Shown: positions 1 to 13,341 of the stretch, piece after piece | Layout of the letters: every line of letters starts with the position of its first letter | Numbering within the stretch: the stretch's first letter is position 1 | Assembly: GCA_973895155.1 (NCBI GenBank) | Contig: OZ316894.1 | Coordinates: forward strand, 1,690,457 to 1,754,456 | Reading direction: 5' to 3' | DNA length: 64,000 nucleotides | From: Marsupella aquatica | Lineage: Eukaryota; Plantae; Marchantiophyta | The notes under the pieces: generated by a model | Databases searched by the model: none | Told to the model about the DNA's origin: nothing | Seen by the model: the letters and a program-made list of their open reading frames with translations, nothing else | Made by a program: the position numbers and the translations under genes

Positions 1-281
1 TGTCTATGACTATACATGATTGGACTCTGATATATATGGTCATGGATGTACGTGTAGAGGCAGTACATGTGAGGACAGCGGAGGAGTTGACACCCTCAAA
101 CATTTAGGAATTTTGTCTCATTCACTTGAGAATAGGTACATGACTCAGGCACCTATATTTTTTGTTTTTTTGTTTTTTTGGAACGTTATGCTACGTATTT
201 TGGCAAGTACAGTCGGGGGTGAAATCCTTAACAGGAAGTGTATTTTTCACTTGCATAATAAAATGACAGGGTGCTGAGTGC

Positions 282-3200
282 GTGTGTATAGTGATGGCTC
301 CAAGGTTGCCTCTTCACAACCCATTTAGGATTAGGCATCATGATTCTAAATTGTGGATGCGTGAACAAGCCCGGGCCGCCCAAGGTAGGAGTAGGAGGAT
401 GAGATGCCCATGCACACAGTGCCAAGGATTCAAGTCGTTGAGTTTGAACACTGTGCACCTTCACCTGCTGCGGCATGAAAGGCACCCTCGGTGGAGGGTT
501 TGGAATGTACCAGCAGAAGACGACTCCTCTGATGAAGAGTGGAGAGCTGACTTTGTGGATTCTAATACAGCTAGGCGTAGAGACTACGTAGAGCAAGACA
601 TAGACTGTGCAGAGGATGGTCCTGGGGTCCAACATGAGAACGTGGATGACCAAGATGGAGATGCAGAGGCAGTCACTGAGGACGGTGGGATGGATGTCCC
701 AAGAATGGTTCAAGAGATTTTTGAAGACCTTGATGCTTTTTACGACACAGTGGAATCAGAAGAGGACAATGAACCGCAGCCACACATTGGAGACGGCCAA
801 GCTGAACCTGACTTTGACATTGGGGAAGGTGCAGCAGAGAGGGAGTGGGTGTTTGGGGGCCCAAAACACATCAAAGAAGCTTGCATTCCTATCTACGAGG
901 GGTCGAACTGCTCCAAGCTGGGTTTTGTCGTGTTGTTGTTGAACATCTGTGGCAATCACAATGTTCCCAATATATTTGTGACAGAGTTGTTGACCTTCCT
1001 GCGCCAAAATGTGTTACCAGATGGTAATTCAATTCCAAAAAATATGTACGAGGCTAGGAAATTGATGTCTAACCTTGGGCTGAACTATGTGTCTATTGAC
1101 GCATGCCGAGACGCATGCCCTGATGGGTGTGTTCTCTTTCGCAAAGAGCATGCAGATAAATTGACATGCCCTCATTGTGGTAAGCACAGGTACAAGAATG
1201 TAGGGAAATGTACACACCCTACCAAGGTTCTTTGTCATTTTCCTCTCATTCCTAGACTACAACGTCTGTTTAGATGCCCTGCCATTTCCAAGCTGATGAC
1301 ATGGACTCCTGATAACAAGAGCAGTGATGGCCTGCAGCGTCACATTGGAGATTCCAACCATTGGAAATTTGTTGATGAGAGGTGGCCACAGTTTGCTGCA
1401 AAGAAGTGGAACTTTCAATTTGGTCTATCACTGGATGGAGTAAACCCATTTGGAGACAAAAACAACCATTATTCATGTTGGCCGGTTATGCTGCTAAATT
1501 ACAACCTTCCCCCATGGATGACTACAAAGAGGTTTTTTGTCATGATGGTGCTGTTAATCCCTGGACCAGCTTCTGTGACCGAGCAATTCATAGATATCAT
1601 GTTGGCTCCAGCAGTGGAAGAGTGGAAGACTTTGTGGATAGAAGGGGTGTTAACCCATGATGTTCTGAAGGGGCTTCTTCGACCCAGCCCCTTTAGACTG
1701 CATGCAATTTGTTTGCTGGATATAGCAGATTACCCAGGCCATGGCATCATATCTGGACGAGTGACAAAGGGCTATGTGGGGTGCACACCATGTGGGAAAA
1801 ATGTGACAAGTGAGTGGTCGCATGCCCTGCACAATATGAAATTTCAGGGGCATAGAAGGTATCTGCCTGTTGATCATCCTTACAGGCACACACGGTCTCA
1901 AATTGCACACTTCAACAACAAAACAGAGCTTCGTGGCCCACCACAGAGGGTCACCAGAGAGCAAGTCCTGAGGTGGGCAGCCAAGAAGGCTGATTGGGAC
2001 AAGAGAAGTGCCACTGATCGAGAACCTGAGGATCCAGTGGTGAAACACGGTGTGAAAAGACAGACCTTGATGGACTTGGAGTTGGAGTACTGGAGGGTAA
2101 CATTGTACTTAGCCTCCAGCCCCTGTATGATTGCAATTTTAGATTGGAGCAATGGTGGATTGATGTTGGTTACAATCCTCCTATGTGGTTAATTAGTGTT
2201 TCTGTTGTTGAATTCTTTGCGTTGTGGAGTGCAGGAATTCGAGCCCAGCAAACACAATGTGGACGTCATGCACATTGAGAAAAATATTTGTGAGAGCTTG
2301 CTGAAGTTCTTGTCGGGTGAGAAAGATACAGGAGCAGTTCGAGCTGATATGCAACAGAAGGGGATTCGCCCTCACCTTTGGTTGAAGCCCCATGCAAGCA
2401 ATCCCAATGTACTTCTCAAGTTCCAAGCTCCCTATGTGTGCACACATGCAGGAAGAATGGAAGACATTCTTGTATAGATTGAGCTGTCTGAAAGTGCCCT
2501 CTGGCTATGCTGGTGCCTTCAAGAAGCGTATTACAAAGAATAAACTTGGCAGTATGAAAACACATGACTACCATATGTTGATGCAGCACATTCTGCCCCT
2601 ATGCCTCAGAGGTCTCATGCAGAAACCAGTCTGTAATGTCATTCTTCGACTGTGCAATGTATTTTGCCGTATATGTGTGAAAGTGTGGGATCCCCAAGGA
2701 TTGGAGCAGTTGAAGCAGGATGCTGCTTATGTCCTCTGTGACTTGGAGATATACTTCCCCCTGATTTCTTTGATGTTATGACTCATCTCCTAATCCATGT
2801 GGTAGAAGAGCTAGGGCAGTATGGGCCAGTCAGTACCAGATGGATGTACCCTATGGAGCGATACATGAAGTTGTTGAAAGGTCATGTGAGAACATACTAC
2901 AGGCCAGAGGCTTCCATGGCATTGGGGTACATTAAGGATGAGACGTTGGGATTCCTAACAGAGTACATGGTTGGGTCTGGTGAAGCTATGACAAGAGTTT
3001 GGAAATTTGGTGAAGATGATGCAGTGAGTGGCGAGGTTGTTGAAGGTGTGGGACGTGCTGTTCAGCTGCCTGTTGCGATTCAAGACAAGGCTCATTCATA
3101 TGTGTTGGCAAACACAGAGCCTATGCAACCATGGTGGAGGTGAGTGATTGAATTGACTTGCCTTTGTTGTGATGCTTCTTGTCTGTTCCAAGGGTGATCT

Positions 3201-4012
3201 TAGGTTGTCATGTGTTGTTTAGACCTAACTATGCCTGTACCTCATATTGCAGGGAATATGATATGCAAAAAGCTGCACACTCTGGGCAGCAGGATCCCTT
3301 CCCACAGTTCGAGCAGTGGATTCGGGTGACAATTCGAGAGCATAGTAGACATCACCCAGATATGGAGAAGGATTTGTATCTTCTATCTGTGCCACCACGA
3401 TTGTCTATTCTGACCTACAAACGGATGAGAGCTTATGGAAATCATTATCGAGTGAGGGATGAGCAGGGTGACCATTTTGTATCATATGATTGTGGTTTGA
3501 TTTCTGTGTTTGAGCAGAGAACCTCTGAAGAACAGAGGGGGTGGATGAAGATGGGTTACGTGGGGGAGTTGACCGACATTTGGGTGTTGAATTATGGTAA
3601 CACAAGTGTCCCAGTGATATTGATGAAGGGATCATGGGTGAAATCAGAGTGGCAGAGACCAAGGGCCACCATGAAGCGTGATCATGATGGGTTCTTGTTG
3701 GCCAATTTTAGGTCCAAAGTACCAGAATGGTCTGAGTCTTTTGTTTTCCCTAGCCAAGTTGAACAGGCTTTCTTTGCAGATGTGGAGGAGTCACATGGCT
3801 GGAGGGTGGTATGCCATAGCCAAGCACGGAACAGGCGGATGGATGGAAGTAAAGTAGAGTTCATTTTGGATGACCATGCTGCATTCGAGCATCCTAGTCA
3901 TGAGACTGTACTTCCAACTCGGGCAGGGACTAACTACATCCCCTTAACATTGAGAGAGACATATGATGAACCTGGGCAAATGGAATATGATGAGGTTGAT
4001 GATTTGCAATAG
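282..4012 (+). pseudogene. CACTA TnpD/Tnp2-like transposase (Transposase_21, DUF4218, DUF4216 regions), frameshifted
   Basis: Motifs IDAC..GCVLF..CPHCG..RY, HFPLIPRLQRLF, GLSLDGVNPF, YSCWPV..YNLPPW, DYPG, DVMHIEKNICESLL, MKTHDYH, MTHLLIH..GPV..RWMYPMERYMK.LK, FVFPSQVEQAFF. GT-AG introns at ~2097-2235 and ~3140-3252. Frameshifts near 2445 and 2760. Confidence 0.9.
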
Positions 4013-5338
4013 GCAACAGCTGGCGATTGGCAAGTATGAGGTTGAGGATGACTACCTGCACAGAGTCACAGAACGGGAATTGCTGCCTGGAATGATGTTT
4101 AGGATAGTTGGATATGCATGAAATTGATTGATACTTTGAATTTAGTGTGTTGATTCTCCCTGTTTGGTTGTGGGTGCTGTGCAGAAGCTATGGGGGAAGA
4201 GGGTGATGACATGGAGACAGACATGGGGCTTGGAGAGTGGGGTGAAGAGGAAAGATTGGATATGGATGGAGACCCAGATGTAGGGGGCTCACAAAAACAT
4301 GCACCTGTGCAGGATGCACAGGGCCCTCATCAAGTCCCAGGTAGGTGGGCAGCTAGAGAGAAATCACATAATCCATACCCTAGAAGGAGCCAGAGTTATT
4401 GGCAAGGGACGCCTGATAATTATGATGATGACTATGATGGAGCAGAAGATGGATGGGATGAATATGAACACCCAGAGCGTGGTAGAGACGGGTACAGAGG
4501 GCAATGGAAAGGTGAGGAGGATGATTGGACAAGTAAGTGCCTTGTGCTAGTGATTTTGTGATGGTAGTAGAGATTTAGCTCAATATGGACTTATCTGATG
4601 TGTAGCTAGGGCAAAGAGTTTATCTTACAGGTCCATGAGTGTGGCATGTACCTGTTGGTATGCAGACTTTGATTGGGACAATCACGAAAACAACAAAGGC
4701 CATCCACGTTCAGATAGGAGGCAATCATTCACAGGCGGGAGAAACGGCCCTAATTCATCAAGACAAAGCAATAGGACAGGTGGTCCAGAACCATCTATGC
4801 GCCAAGGGAGAGGTAACTTGGTCATTGCAGAATTGCTCTGAAGTCCAGTGTATATTTGGCAGCAGGATTTATGATTCATACTTACCTAATGTAAGTGACT
4901 GTAAATGGATCCTGTAAATGTGCAGGGACTCCAGGGAGGTTTGGACAATGCAATCCAGGCCGTGGGGGGAGATCAGGCCGTGGAGGGACCCCAGGCCGTG
5001 GGGGGACACCAGGCCGTGGAGGGACACCTAGTAGCGCTTCAGGGAGTACCAAGGCAAGAGACAGTAACAAATTTGGTAAAGTAGAAGTGAATTCCAAAGG
5101 TTGGATAACTCCCACATGTGATGGTAAGAACCGTTGGCATTCTGACCTAAGAGGAGAAGTATTGCGTTGGTTAGATTTGAGCATTACAGAGTTTAGGAGT
5201 CAGAACAAAGCTGATTGGGCTGCTATCTGCAAGGACATTCTTGAACGGTGGGACTATATTGGTAATGATGGTAAGGGCCTAGTTGAAGATTGCATATCAG
5301 ATTATGCAATGAGGATTTTGAAACAAGAGAGGCATAGG

Positions 5339-8300
5339 TGTGATACCTAGACAGGAATCACTCGGCCAGTTAAGTGGGTAAAGCAGGAAGGCACCCTAGA
5401 AACACCTTAGTATAGGGACAAAACAAGGAAAATATAAACAATTAGGGGCGACCATGGAACCCGGGCCGAGGCCGGAGGTAAGGACGCTGGGGGTGAAAAC
5501 TCGATTAGGGTTAGGGCGCGTTAAGTGTCGGCGGCTAGGAAGGATCAACGGGAGGAAGGACCTGAAGAGGAGAGGGGTAAGGAGCGCTTGCAGGAGATGG
5601 TGGCTCATTTGCGAGCACGAACTAGGCAGACGACTACGGGAGGCCAACTACTGTCAGCTGCTTAGGCAAGCACTCGGGGAGAGAGTAGATACCGACGATC
5701 GACCTAAGGAGGGTATGAGCAACGTCAATCAAGCGGCACATTTCTGGGGATGCCTGTTCGAATGGGCAACTGAGTACATCAAGACTTACGAGGACGAGGA
5801 ATCAGAAAGGGCAGCTCGAGAACGGCATGAGCTTGCTCGATTGTGGGAGCTGCAGAAGACGGCTTTCTTAGGAGGCGAACTCATCAAGGACGAGTTCTTG
5901 TGGACTCCTACTTCCAATCAACTCGACGATCTTGTGTTTTGCAAAGACAGTGTCGTCGGCATCCGAGAGGCCATTAGGAACTGCAACGACATACACTGGG
6001 AATTAAAGGGTAGCACAGAAAGGTGGACCCAGGCAACGGTGCTAGGAGAAACCTCCACGGCAGCAGAGATGAAGAGGAAGGGAGCCGTCAACGATGAAGC
6101 CACCCCGGCAAAAAGAACGAGGTCGGCGGCACCAAAGAAGCCAGCTGAGCAGCAGAGCAGGAGGCAGGGAGAAGCCGAAGAGGAGGAGGTCGATCCCATC
6201 AAGGCCATTCCAACCAGGGATGACACCTGGAAGGGCTGGGCGGCAACCCTACCGGTGGAGGTGCAACTACATTTTGCACGAGAGGAGGATGCATGCTTTA
6301 CGGCCATGCAGACCAAGAAGTACCAAGGCTTCATGGCCGGATCCGGCTTAGAGGCCTTTGTAAGATTACCATGGCTGAAGCCGAAGGTACCGGAGTCAGA
6401 CCTATTAGAATTCGTGGGGTCATGGGAACCCGAGACCAATTGCACGAGGATATATGGGAAGGATTTCTATCTTACTCCCAAAGTGATTGCCGAAGTGTTT
6501 GGCTTGCCGATAGGCAATAAGACCAAAGTTGATACCAGGAAGACCTTGCCTGACAAGGAGTTCCGGTCGTTCCCCGGGCCATCAACGAAGAATGGCTTCT
6601 TCCGGAACACCTGCACCAACCCGCACATAGGAGAGATGATCGACTTCTTGCGGGTGACCATGCATTGTAACTTGCCGAGGGTAGAGATCGGCAAGGCACA
6701 GGTCTATCTGGCAGAGAGGCCAGACCCAAGCCGGGACTACAACAGGTACCTCCTCAACCAATTGAAGAAGATCTTAAAGGAGGAGCAGCAAGTAATCGGC
6801 ATGGGGAGCGTGTCGCGGCTTGGCTATCACATGCCGCTGTTGTGCCGGTATGCCAGAGGTCAGACTTTTGCCCCAGTACTTCCCCTGCAGGTAAGGGCAC
6901 CCGAGGAAGCTCCAACGCCAAGGCCGTTAGCAGAGAAGCCTCAACCACCTGTTAGCTCTATGATCGAGCAGGTGTTTAGGCCAAGGACGGAGGACTTGCC
7001 GATGCAGCAACCAAGCATGCAGAGTCTGCTGAAACTACTGGAGAAAGAAAAGAGATCGACATCGGCAACAACAACGGCAACGGCAACAATACAAGACACT
7101 ACTCCAGAGGTAGGCCTACACCGGCTCACAAGAGAAAACCCCTTTGCTGGAGACAAGGAGAGAATCAGGCCGGAATCCAAGCCAGGTGTTCGAATGTATG
7201 TGGGAGTCTCAAGCTCTAAATCTGAAGCAGAATTGCCTGAAGCTCCTACCGACGAAGAGGAGAGGGAGAAGCCTGACGTCCAAGAAGTAGAGGAGGCAGT
7301 GGAGGACTGCAGCCATGATAACTCCGGCTATGGGTCGGACCATCACGTTCCAGGAGTAAGGACCTATGGCCGGTTTGTCCCCACACTTCCAAGGGTAGTA
7401 CGAGGGGACCCCAACCAGTAGAGTAGCCCTAAGTCTTCCCCACCAGATGTTGCTCCCCCGAGTTTTGACGGCATAAAACAGACGGCGCAGGAATTTCAGG
7501 AGCGAATCAGGCAGGAAGAGGAGGCAGCCCTGGCTAGGGAAAAGGATTTACCAGGAGGAGATTGGCCGGAGGACATCAGGCAGCTAGCCGAAAAAGGAAG
7601 CAAACCTCTAGCCACGATTGAAGAGATCCGCAAGACGGCTTGGGAGCAGAGGCCGCGATGGGCGATGCCGATCACTTCTACTTACTCCACCTACGCTAAG
7701 AATAGAGCCATGGAGTATGGTGAGATGTGTGGGGAACTTGCGCTCGGCATCTTTGGAGAGGAGTTGGAGGTAGGACCCTTTTTCCATAGGGAGCAGTTGG
7801 AGAAGCACCAATTAGAAGAAGCGGTGGCTTTAGAGAGAAGCAAGAAGGACGAGGTCATTCGGCGGCTTAGGAGGATGGAAGCCGAGATTGAAGATCTAAG
7901 GGCGGCCAAGAAAGCCCAAGATGAACTGCGAATTAAACGGCATGAGCTGAACATCATGCAGGGGCAGTTGGACACCGCGCAGGCTGATAATCAGAATATC
8001 AAGGATAAACTGACTCAGACGCAGGGAGAGTTGGCCGATACGATCAAAGAGAGGGAGAAGTTGAAGCGAGAGCTGAGGAATGCAGAGGAGGCCCACATAA
8101 CAGCCAACAGCCGGGCCATGGCGGAGACCCAAAGAAAGGAATGGGCGTTGAAGGGGGAGCCCTTGAGCAGAAGGAGGCCGAGTTAGGGAAATCCTATCAA
8201 GGGATTATGGCGCTGCAGCAGGAGCTTGCGTCCCTGACGGCCAGCTTCAAGGCCGACCTAAGGGAGAAGGACGAGATGCTCGATCAGACTTACGCCAAGA

Positions 8301-9984
8301 TGAACCAGATGGAGTCTGTCATCATTGTAGAGCTCGACAAGGAGCTAAGAGCAACCCGGGAGGAGAGGACTACCTTGAAAAAAGAACGGGAGGAAGCCCA
8401 GAAGGAACTAGAGGAGGCGTGCAAGGACCTGGATGAGACTCAAGAGGAGTTGGAGGAAATCACGAGGAAGATGGAGAACCTCCAGCGGCGGGCCGACAAC
8501 CAAACAGAGCGGCTGAAGAAACAAGCCGCAGTATTTAAGTGCTTGTCTTCATCAGGCCCAACTCCAATTGGGGCAACCAAGTTACCAGGAGTGGTACTGG
8601 CCGAAGAAAAAGCCGCGCCACCTGCACCAGTGCCGGAAGTAAGTGGGAAGGGGAAGGGACCAGCTGCCGAACCAGAAAAGAAGAAGAAGCGGAAACCTTC
8701 AGGGTCAAGGAGTAATCCGACTCCACAGGCCGTGATGACCGAGGAGGTAGACCCAGCATCAACCTCCAGCATGAATACGGCAATAGATTCCGCTATCATC
8801 AAGGGTGGGGATGGTGCGGCCCAAGCCGAACTACTCAGTAATGAGGCCGGTATCCCAGATCCGCCTCTTGAGCAGGCCGGGGAGACCGTAGCCGAGGCTG
8901 AGGCCATAACCGATTCTCGAGCCGATGCCGACGCCGATGGTGGACCCAGTCAGGCCGATGGAGAGTTGACTCAGTCAAGGGCAGGTAATCTGTCAGAGAA
9001 CGAACCTACGGCAGTGGCTGAGGAGGAAGCGTTGGGGGCGTCCATTAAGGATCCACCACCGGTGTCGTGACGGTGCAAGGGCGTCGTTCCTTTTAGGAAG
9101 GGCGGACGTGGAGGGAGGAGGCGTGAGTGGGCAGGGCGGGCGCTGATCTCCAAGTTTAGGATTAGGATCAGGACCAGGAGCGGCCCTGACACTTAGCTTA
9201 GTGGGATTGCGGTTCCACTGGTAGGAGCAACACTTGTGCTCCTGCCTTGCTGTACATAGGTAGATCCGGGCAAGTAGATTACTGTTAGGTAGATTAGGCT
9301 TACGCTGCAAAGAATTAGGCGAATCCACTACCAGGATAAGTACCTGGGCAGCGGGGAGCTCAGGGCCTCTTCTTTAGCAAGTTTTTAGTTTGCACCAGCC
9401 GGGCTGGGATCAAGTAGTACGAGAAGCTCTCGGTTAGTCATACAGTGACCCTTGTGTATATTCATGTTTCCTCATGCCTAAGAGCTGAATAGAGTTGGCC
9501 TCACGGCTTAGTTCGCAGAGCTTGTGTATGGGATGTACTGTTTGTATGGCAAGTGCATGGTATGACTCAGTCAGAATGAGTCATTTTGCTATTTGTGTGT
9601 CGCATTAACTTGTGTGAAGAGTGCCCACATCAACCAAAAGGAAGGAAAGTAAGCAGGGGAGTGAGAGTTGGATGTGTCAAGCTGAGAGAGGTCTTAGCGG
9701 CTTAACCAAGCCTATTGGGGATCATTCCGGCGGCGGAATCCAAACATACCTAACAAGACGGAGGGGAAGACGAGGAAAGGCCTAGATTAGGCCGGCTACG
9801 TATCTCATGACCCGATGAAGGATCTGTCCAGTATATGTGTGTAAAATGTTAATAGTAGTAGTAGAAGGTTAGCAGCGTCCCATGCCGCTAAGCCGCGGAA
9901 ACGGCCTCGCCAAACGCAAAACCTGGGGGAATCGGCTTGAGCTGGGGGGTTTCTTGGGTTTAGGGAGCCATGGGACGCACCACA
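5339..9984 (-). mobile_element. LTR-retrotransposon-derived insertion (solo-LTR-like, 4646 bp) with TG...CA ends and 5-bp TSD
   Basis: ATAGG (5334-5338) TGTGATACC...GCACCACA ATAGG (9985-9989). It interrupts a host reading frame exactly. No gag/pol motifs or internal direct repeats seen. Minus orientation is inferred from the GGTATCACA terminus. Confidence 0.8.
5454..9070 (+). pseudogene. ~1200-codon accessory ORF of the insertion: plant retroelement accessory-domain-like region plus long coiled coil, disrupted
   Basis: ORFs 5454-7421 and 7665-8186 are the same frame, joined across one TAG (7419-7421). A frameshift in a G run at ~8155 joins 8141-9070. Motif LLEFVGSW...RIYGKDFYLTPKVIAEVFGLP resembles Gypsy accessory ORFs. 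E/K/Q-rich heptad region at ~7790-8530. Confidence 0.65.
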
Positions 9985-12805
9985 ATAGGTTGAAAAGGAT
10001 GTGGATAGACAATGGTTCTAATAGGAGAATGCCACCACCCCCATCATTGGAACTGGATCAATGGACACGGTTAATCAAAGGGTTCATGTCGGAGGCTGGA
10101 CAGAGCAAGAGTGAACTGATGTCAAATGCTCGAGGCAAAGTGAAACACCTTTCACAGGCTGGGAGAGGAAGTTATGCTCCAGTGAAAGAACAATTGGTAA
10201 GGCAATGACATGCCTGATAGTAAGCCTCAAACTTATCATCTTGCTACCATTATTACATTTTCATTGACAATCAACACTTGGTTTCATTCATATGTATGTT
10301 GATGTGGACTGCAGAAGAAATTGACAGGTGAAGAACCATCAGCACAAGAAGTGAGAGAGGAGTTCATGAAACAAAGGAGTGAGGTGACAAGTGTGACTTC
10401 CAAACAGGTGATTATGTTGTAATTTTGTATGTTCTGTGACTATTTGGCCTTGAGCATCAGAAAGAAATGTAGTAGGAAGTAAGCAACCAGTTCTTGGGGA
10501 CAGTTATCTGAGATATGTAAGCTGTGTTATGACAGGGAACTGTTACAACTCTCACAGAGATGTGTGAACGGTTGAAGTCATTAGAGTGTGGACTCCCTCG
10601 AGTGGAAAGTAAATTGGCTGATCGTTTGGATATTGTGGAGGCATCTGTAGCGAACCTTCGTGCATCAGTGGAATCTAATTTCAAGCTTGTGATTGAAAAA
10701 TTGGGTGGTTCCCAACCAAACAATGAGGACAACATTGTACAAAGTGTGCCCTTGTTAACAAAAAAGGGAATTGGCAAATCTGACACAGGTATGGAAATGA
10801 CACCGGCCCATTGTTCATTGTGTCCTATGTTCAAATGTTAGAAGTAAGTTTTCATGAATTGAGTGAATGGTTTGAATGCAGGAAGAGTGGAGGCAGAGAA
10901 GGACCCTGTAATCAGTAAGCAGAAGGGCAAGAAGGTTGCTGAGACAGGTAACCTGCTATGATCCAGTACATTACATTTGAAAAGTGCATGGAGTTTTGTG
11001 AAGCTTAAGCCGGTTGGAGGTAATCTTTTCTGTAAGAACTGGTTGGATGAACTGGGATCTGAAGTGACATCATGATTGATGTATCAGGTGATTCAAAGAG
11101 CAATAATGAAGAAGATGTGCCCAGTGCCTCAGTGACCATAGCCAAGGAGGTATCAGGTAAGCTGATGCTTAAATTCCTCTATATGAATGTTGAGAAACAA
11201 TTCAGTGGTTAATAGATTCAACCTGAATATTGTGGTGTGTTTATTGATCAACAGAAGCAGACATGGAGCATATGGCAATGGCAAAGAAAGGGAAGAAGGC
11301 TGTTCATAATGGTAAGGAGATAGTGACAACTTTGTGGTTGGTGACATGTACATTTAGCACATGTGATGAGTGATTGATTTATGTTGGACATGACACTGAA
11401 TTGTAGTTGATGCAGAGTTGACAGACTCTCAACCAAGTGGGAGCAGGGTGAAGCGACGTCAAAACTTGGGAGCAACATTGGATGCAAGTAAGATTGTAGA
11501 TGCTTCAATTGAAGCAAGTACAATGTTGGCAGATACTGAGATGATGTCGCAGGGAAATCCTGCTACACAATCAGAAGTGTCAAATATGGATGCAGATTCT
11601 TTGAAGAAGAGTGTAGCCAATTCTCGATCACCAGCACAAAACACTCGTGCCAAATTCATGACTCGCAACCAAGGTATGAATAATGTCATGTATAAGCCAC
11701 CCAGGAAAGCCAAGAAAAACAGCCAGGGTAAGGTGGAGGTGATAGCCACAGCAGAGCCAGTCCATAATCTTCTATCATGGGAGGATGACTCACATGTATG
11801 TGTGGGTACAGGCATTTTGCGACCGGATCATGCAAAATTCCATGGCAAAGTGGTCCCGGAAGACCATGTAGTAGTGTTGTTGACTACAGTGATTGTATCT
11901 GATTGTAATTTGCCATTTCCGAATAGAGACGATGATCCACCTCAGGAAATAATTGCAGATGCAGTAGGATCTCTTGTGCTCTGGCCATCAGAGTGTGTTA
12001 GTCTGCAGTGACTGAATGCAAGTGTAGATAGAATCATGTGAATTGTGTCACATTTTGACATTGCCTTGGAAAGATCCAAGAAATATCTGTACCAATTTTT
12101 CCATTTGGTAAAGAGGATGAAGGAGCCGTTGTGTGTGACATTGATATTTCTGAATTCTGTATGTATGAAACAAGTGATTGATGTCAAACTATGGCTCTAT
12201 GGTGATTGTCTATGATACTTGAATCTGTTTTGTATCATTTCAGTATTAGTGTGTATGGTATAGAGGAATACTTTGTGACCTTCTTTGTAGTCTATGAAGT
12301 TTGAATCTATGAATTCATATTAGTGTACATGGTATAGAAGATGGCTTTCTGAAACTATGTATTCTAATGTTAACATGATGAATGGTGAACTTATAGAGTG
12401 AGTTCATTCCAAGTACACAATAAAACATGAATGCAATATGTTATTTGTGCACAAGAGTGGGTTCATTCCAAGTAGTATAGTGGGGTCTTCATCACTCATA
12501 TCCAGTTGACATGAAATACTTATACATACCCCACAAAGTATATTTAAAGACTACCCTCCATAACCTTTTTAGTCGTTCCCAACGACTCACCAAAGCTACC
12601 CACACAAAGACTAAAATAGACTGAAAATCCAGTCTATTAAACGACTTATAAACCAGTTCTATAAAGGACTCAGTTGATTATAGTAACAAAACATACGACT
12701 CGCAGTCCTATAAAGGACTGGAGTCCTTCCCAGTCATTTTCAAGTCCTATACGGTACTGAATAGTCGTTTAATGGGGTCTAAATACCCCCCGGTTTCTAC
12801 TAGTG

Positions 12806-13341
12806 TTTCTCTTCACCATGATGAGGAGATGGAGAGAAAGAATCCAAATTAAAATCCTTCCAAAACCCGGAATTCCCAAATCCGGAAATCTTAATCAAGT
12901 CGCAAACTTCCCCTCTCAATCGAACGATCACCCACTTCCCCCGTAACGAACTTCCTTTCAACTATTGCCTTGAAACGGCAGCCTCGTCCGGCTCTAAACT
13001 CTCCTATGAGTCCTCGCAAAAGATTTCTGCAACAGTTCGGTGGTGTGAGGAATGCTCGGTGTGGCGTGGTCTTAAGAACTCGGTTGCCAACTTCCGGTCT
13101 CCGGTCAGATGTCAGACTTATGGTTTTAATAATCATTCTCCCACGCCTACTCGCATGGCTCAACGGTGTCGTTACTTAAGAGTTCCAAAAAAGGTGCTAT
13201 CCGGATATTTCCGGATTTGATACTGAAAAGTAGTTTGTTATGGTCTGTTCCAATCAAAGTATACTCCGTTAACCACTAAAAGTTGAAAATTTTTAAATTT
13301 TTGCACTTTTTAATTTCCTTATTTATAACCATGGTATCACA
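12806..13341 (+). mobile_element. Probable LTR 3' fragment into which the CACTA inserted
   Basis: Ends in TGGTATCACA at 13341, exactly where the tyrosine-recombinase frame of element A is cut. The matching 5' end and TSD are not in the window. Confidence 0.45.

Larger units (their letters stand above)
4190..12011 (+). pseudogene. CACTA second ORF (TnpA/Tnp1-like), multi-exon, split by the 5339-9984 insertion
   Basis: Short GT-AG exons. Removing the insertion restores ...LKQERHR|LKRMWIDNG...QWTRLI...SELMSNAR. The last exon (GTGILRPDHAKFHG..VPEDHVVV...LPFP...DAVGSLVLWP) resembles the En/Spm Tnp1-type C-terminus. It contains an 18-bp GRGGTP repeat at ~4955-5030. Confidence 0.7.
1..12805 (+). 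mobile_element. CACTA/EnSpm DNA transposon (5' end lies upstream of the window), decayed, interrupted by an LTR-type insertion
   Basis: Tnp2-type transposase plus a second multi-exon ORF. The right end ...CCGGTTTCTACTAGTG (ends 12805) reverse-complements to CACTAGTAGAAACC. It is preceded by ~250 bp of GACT/AGTC-rich short subterminal repeats. Confidence 0.9.
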
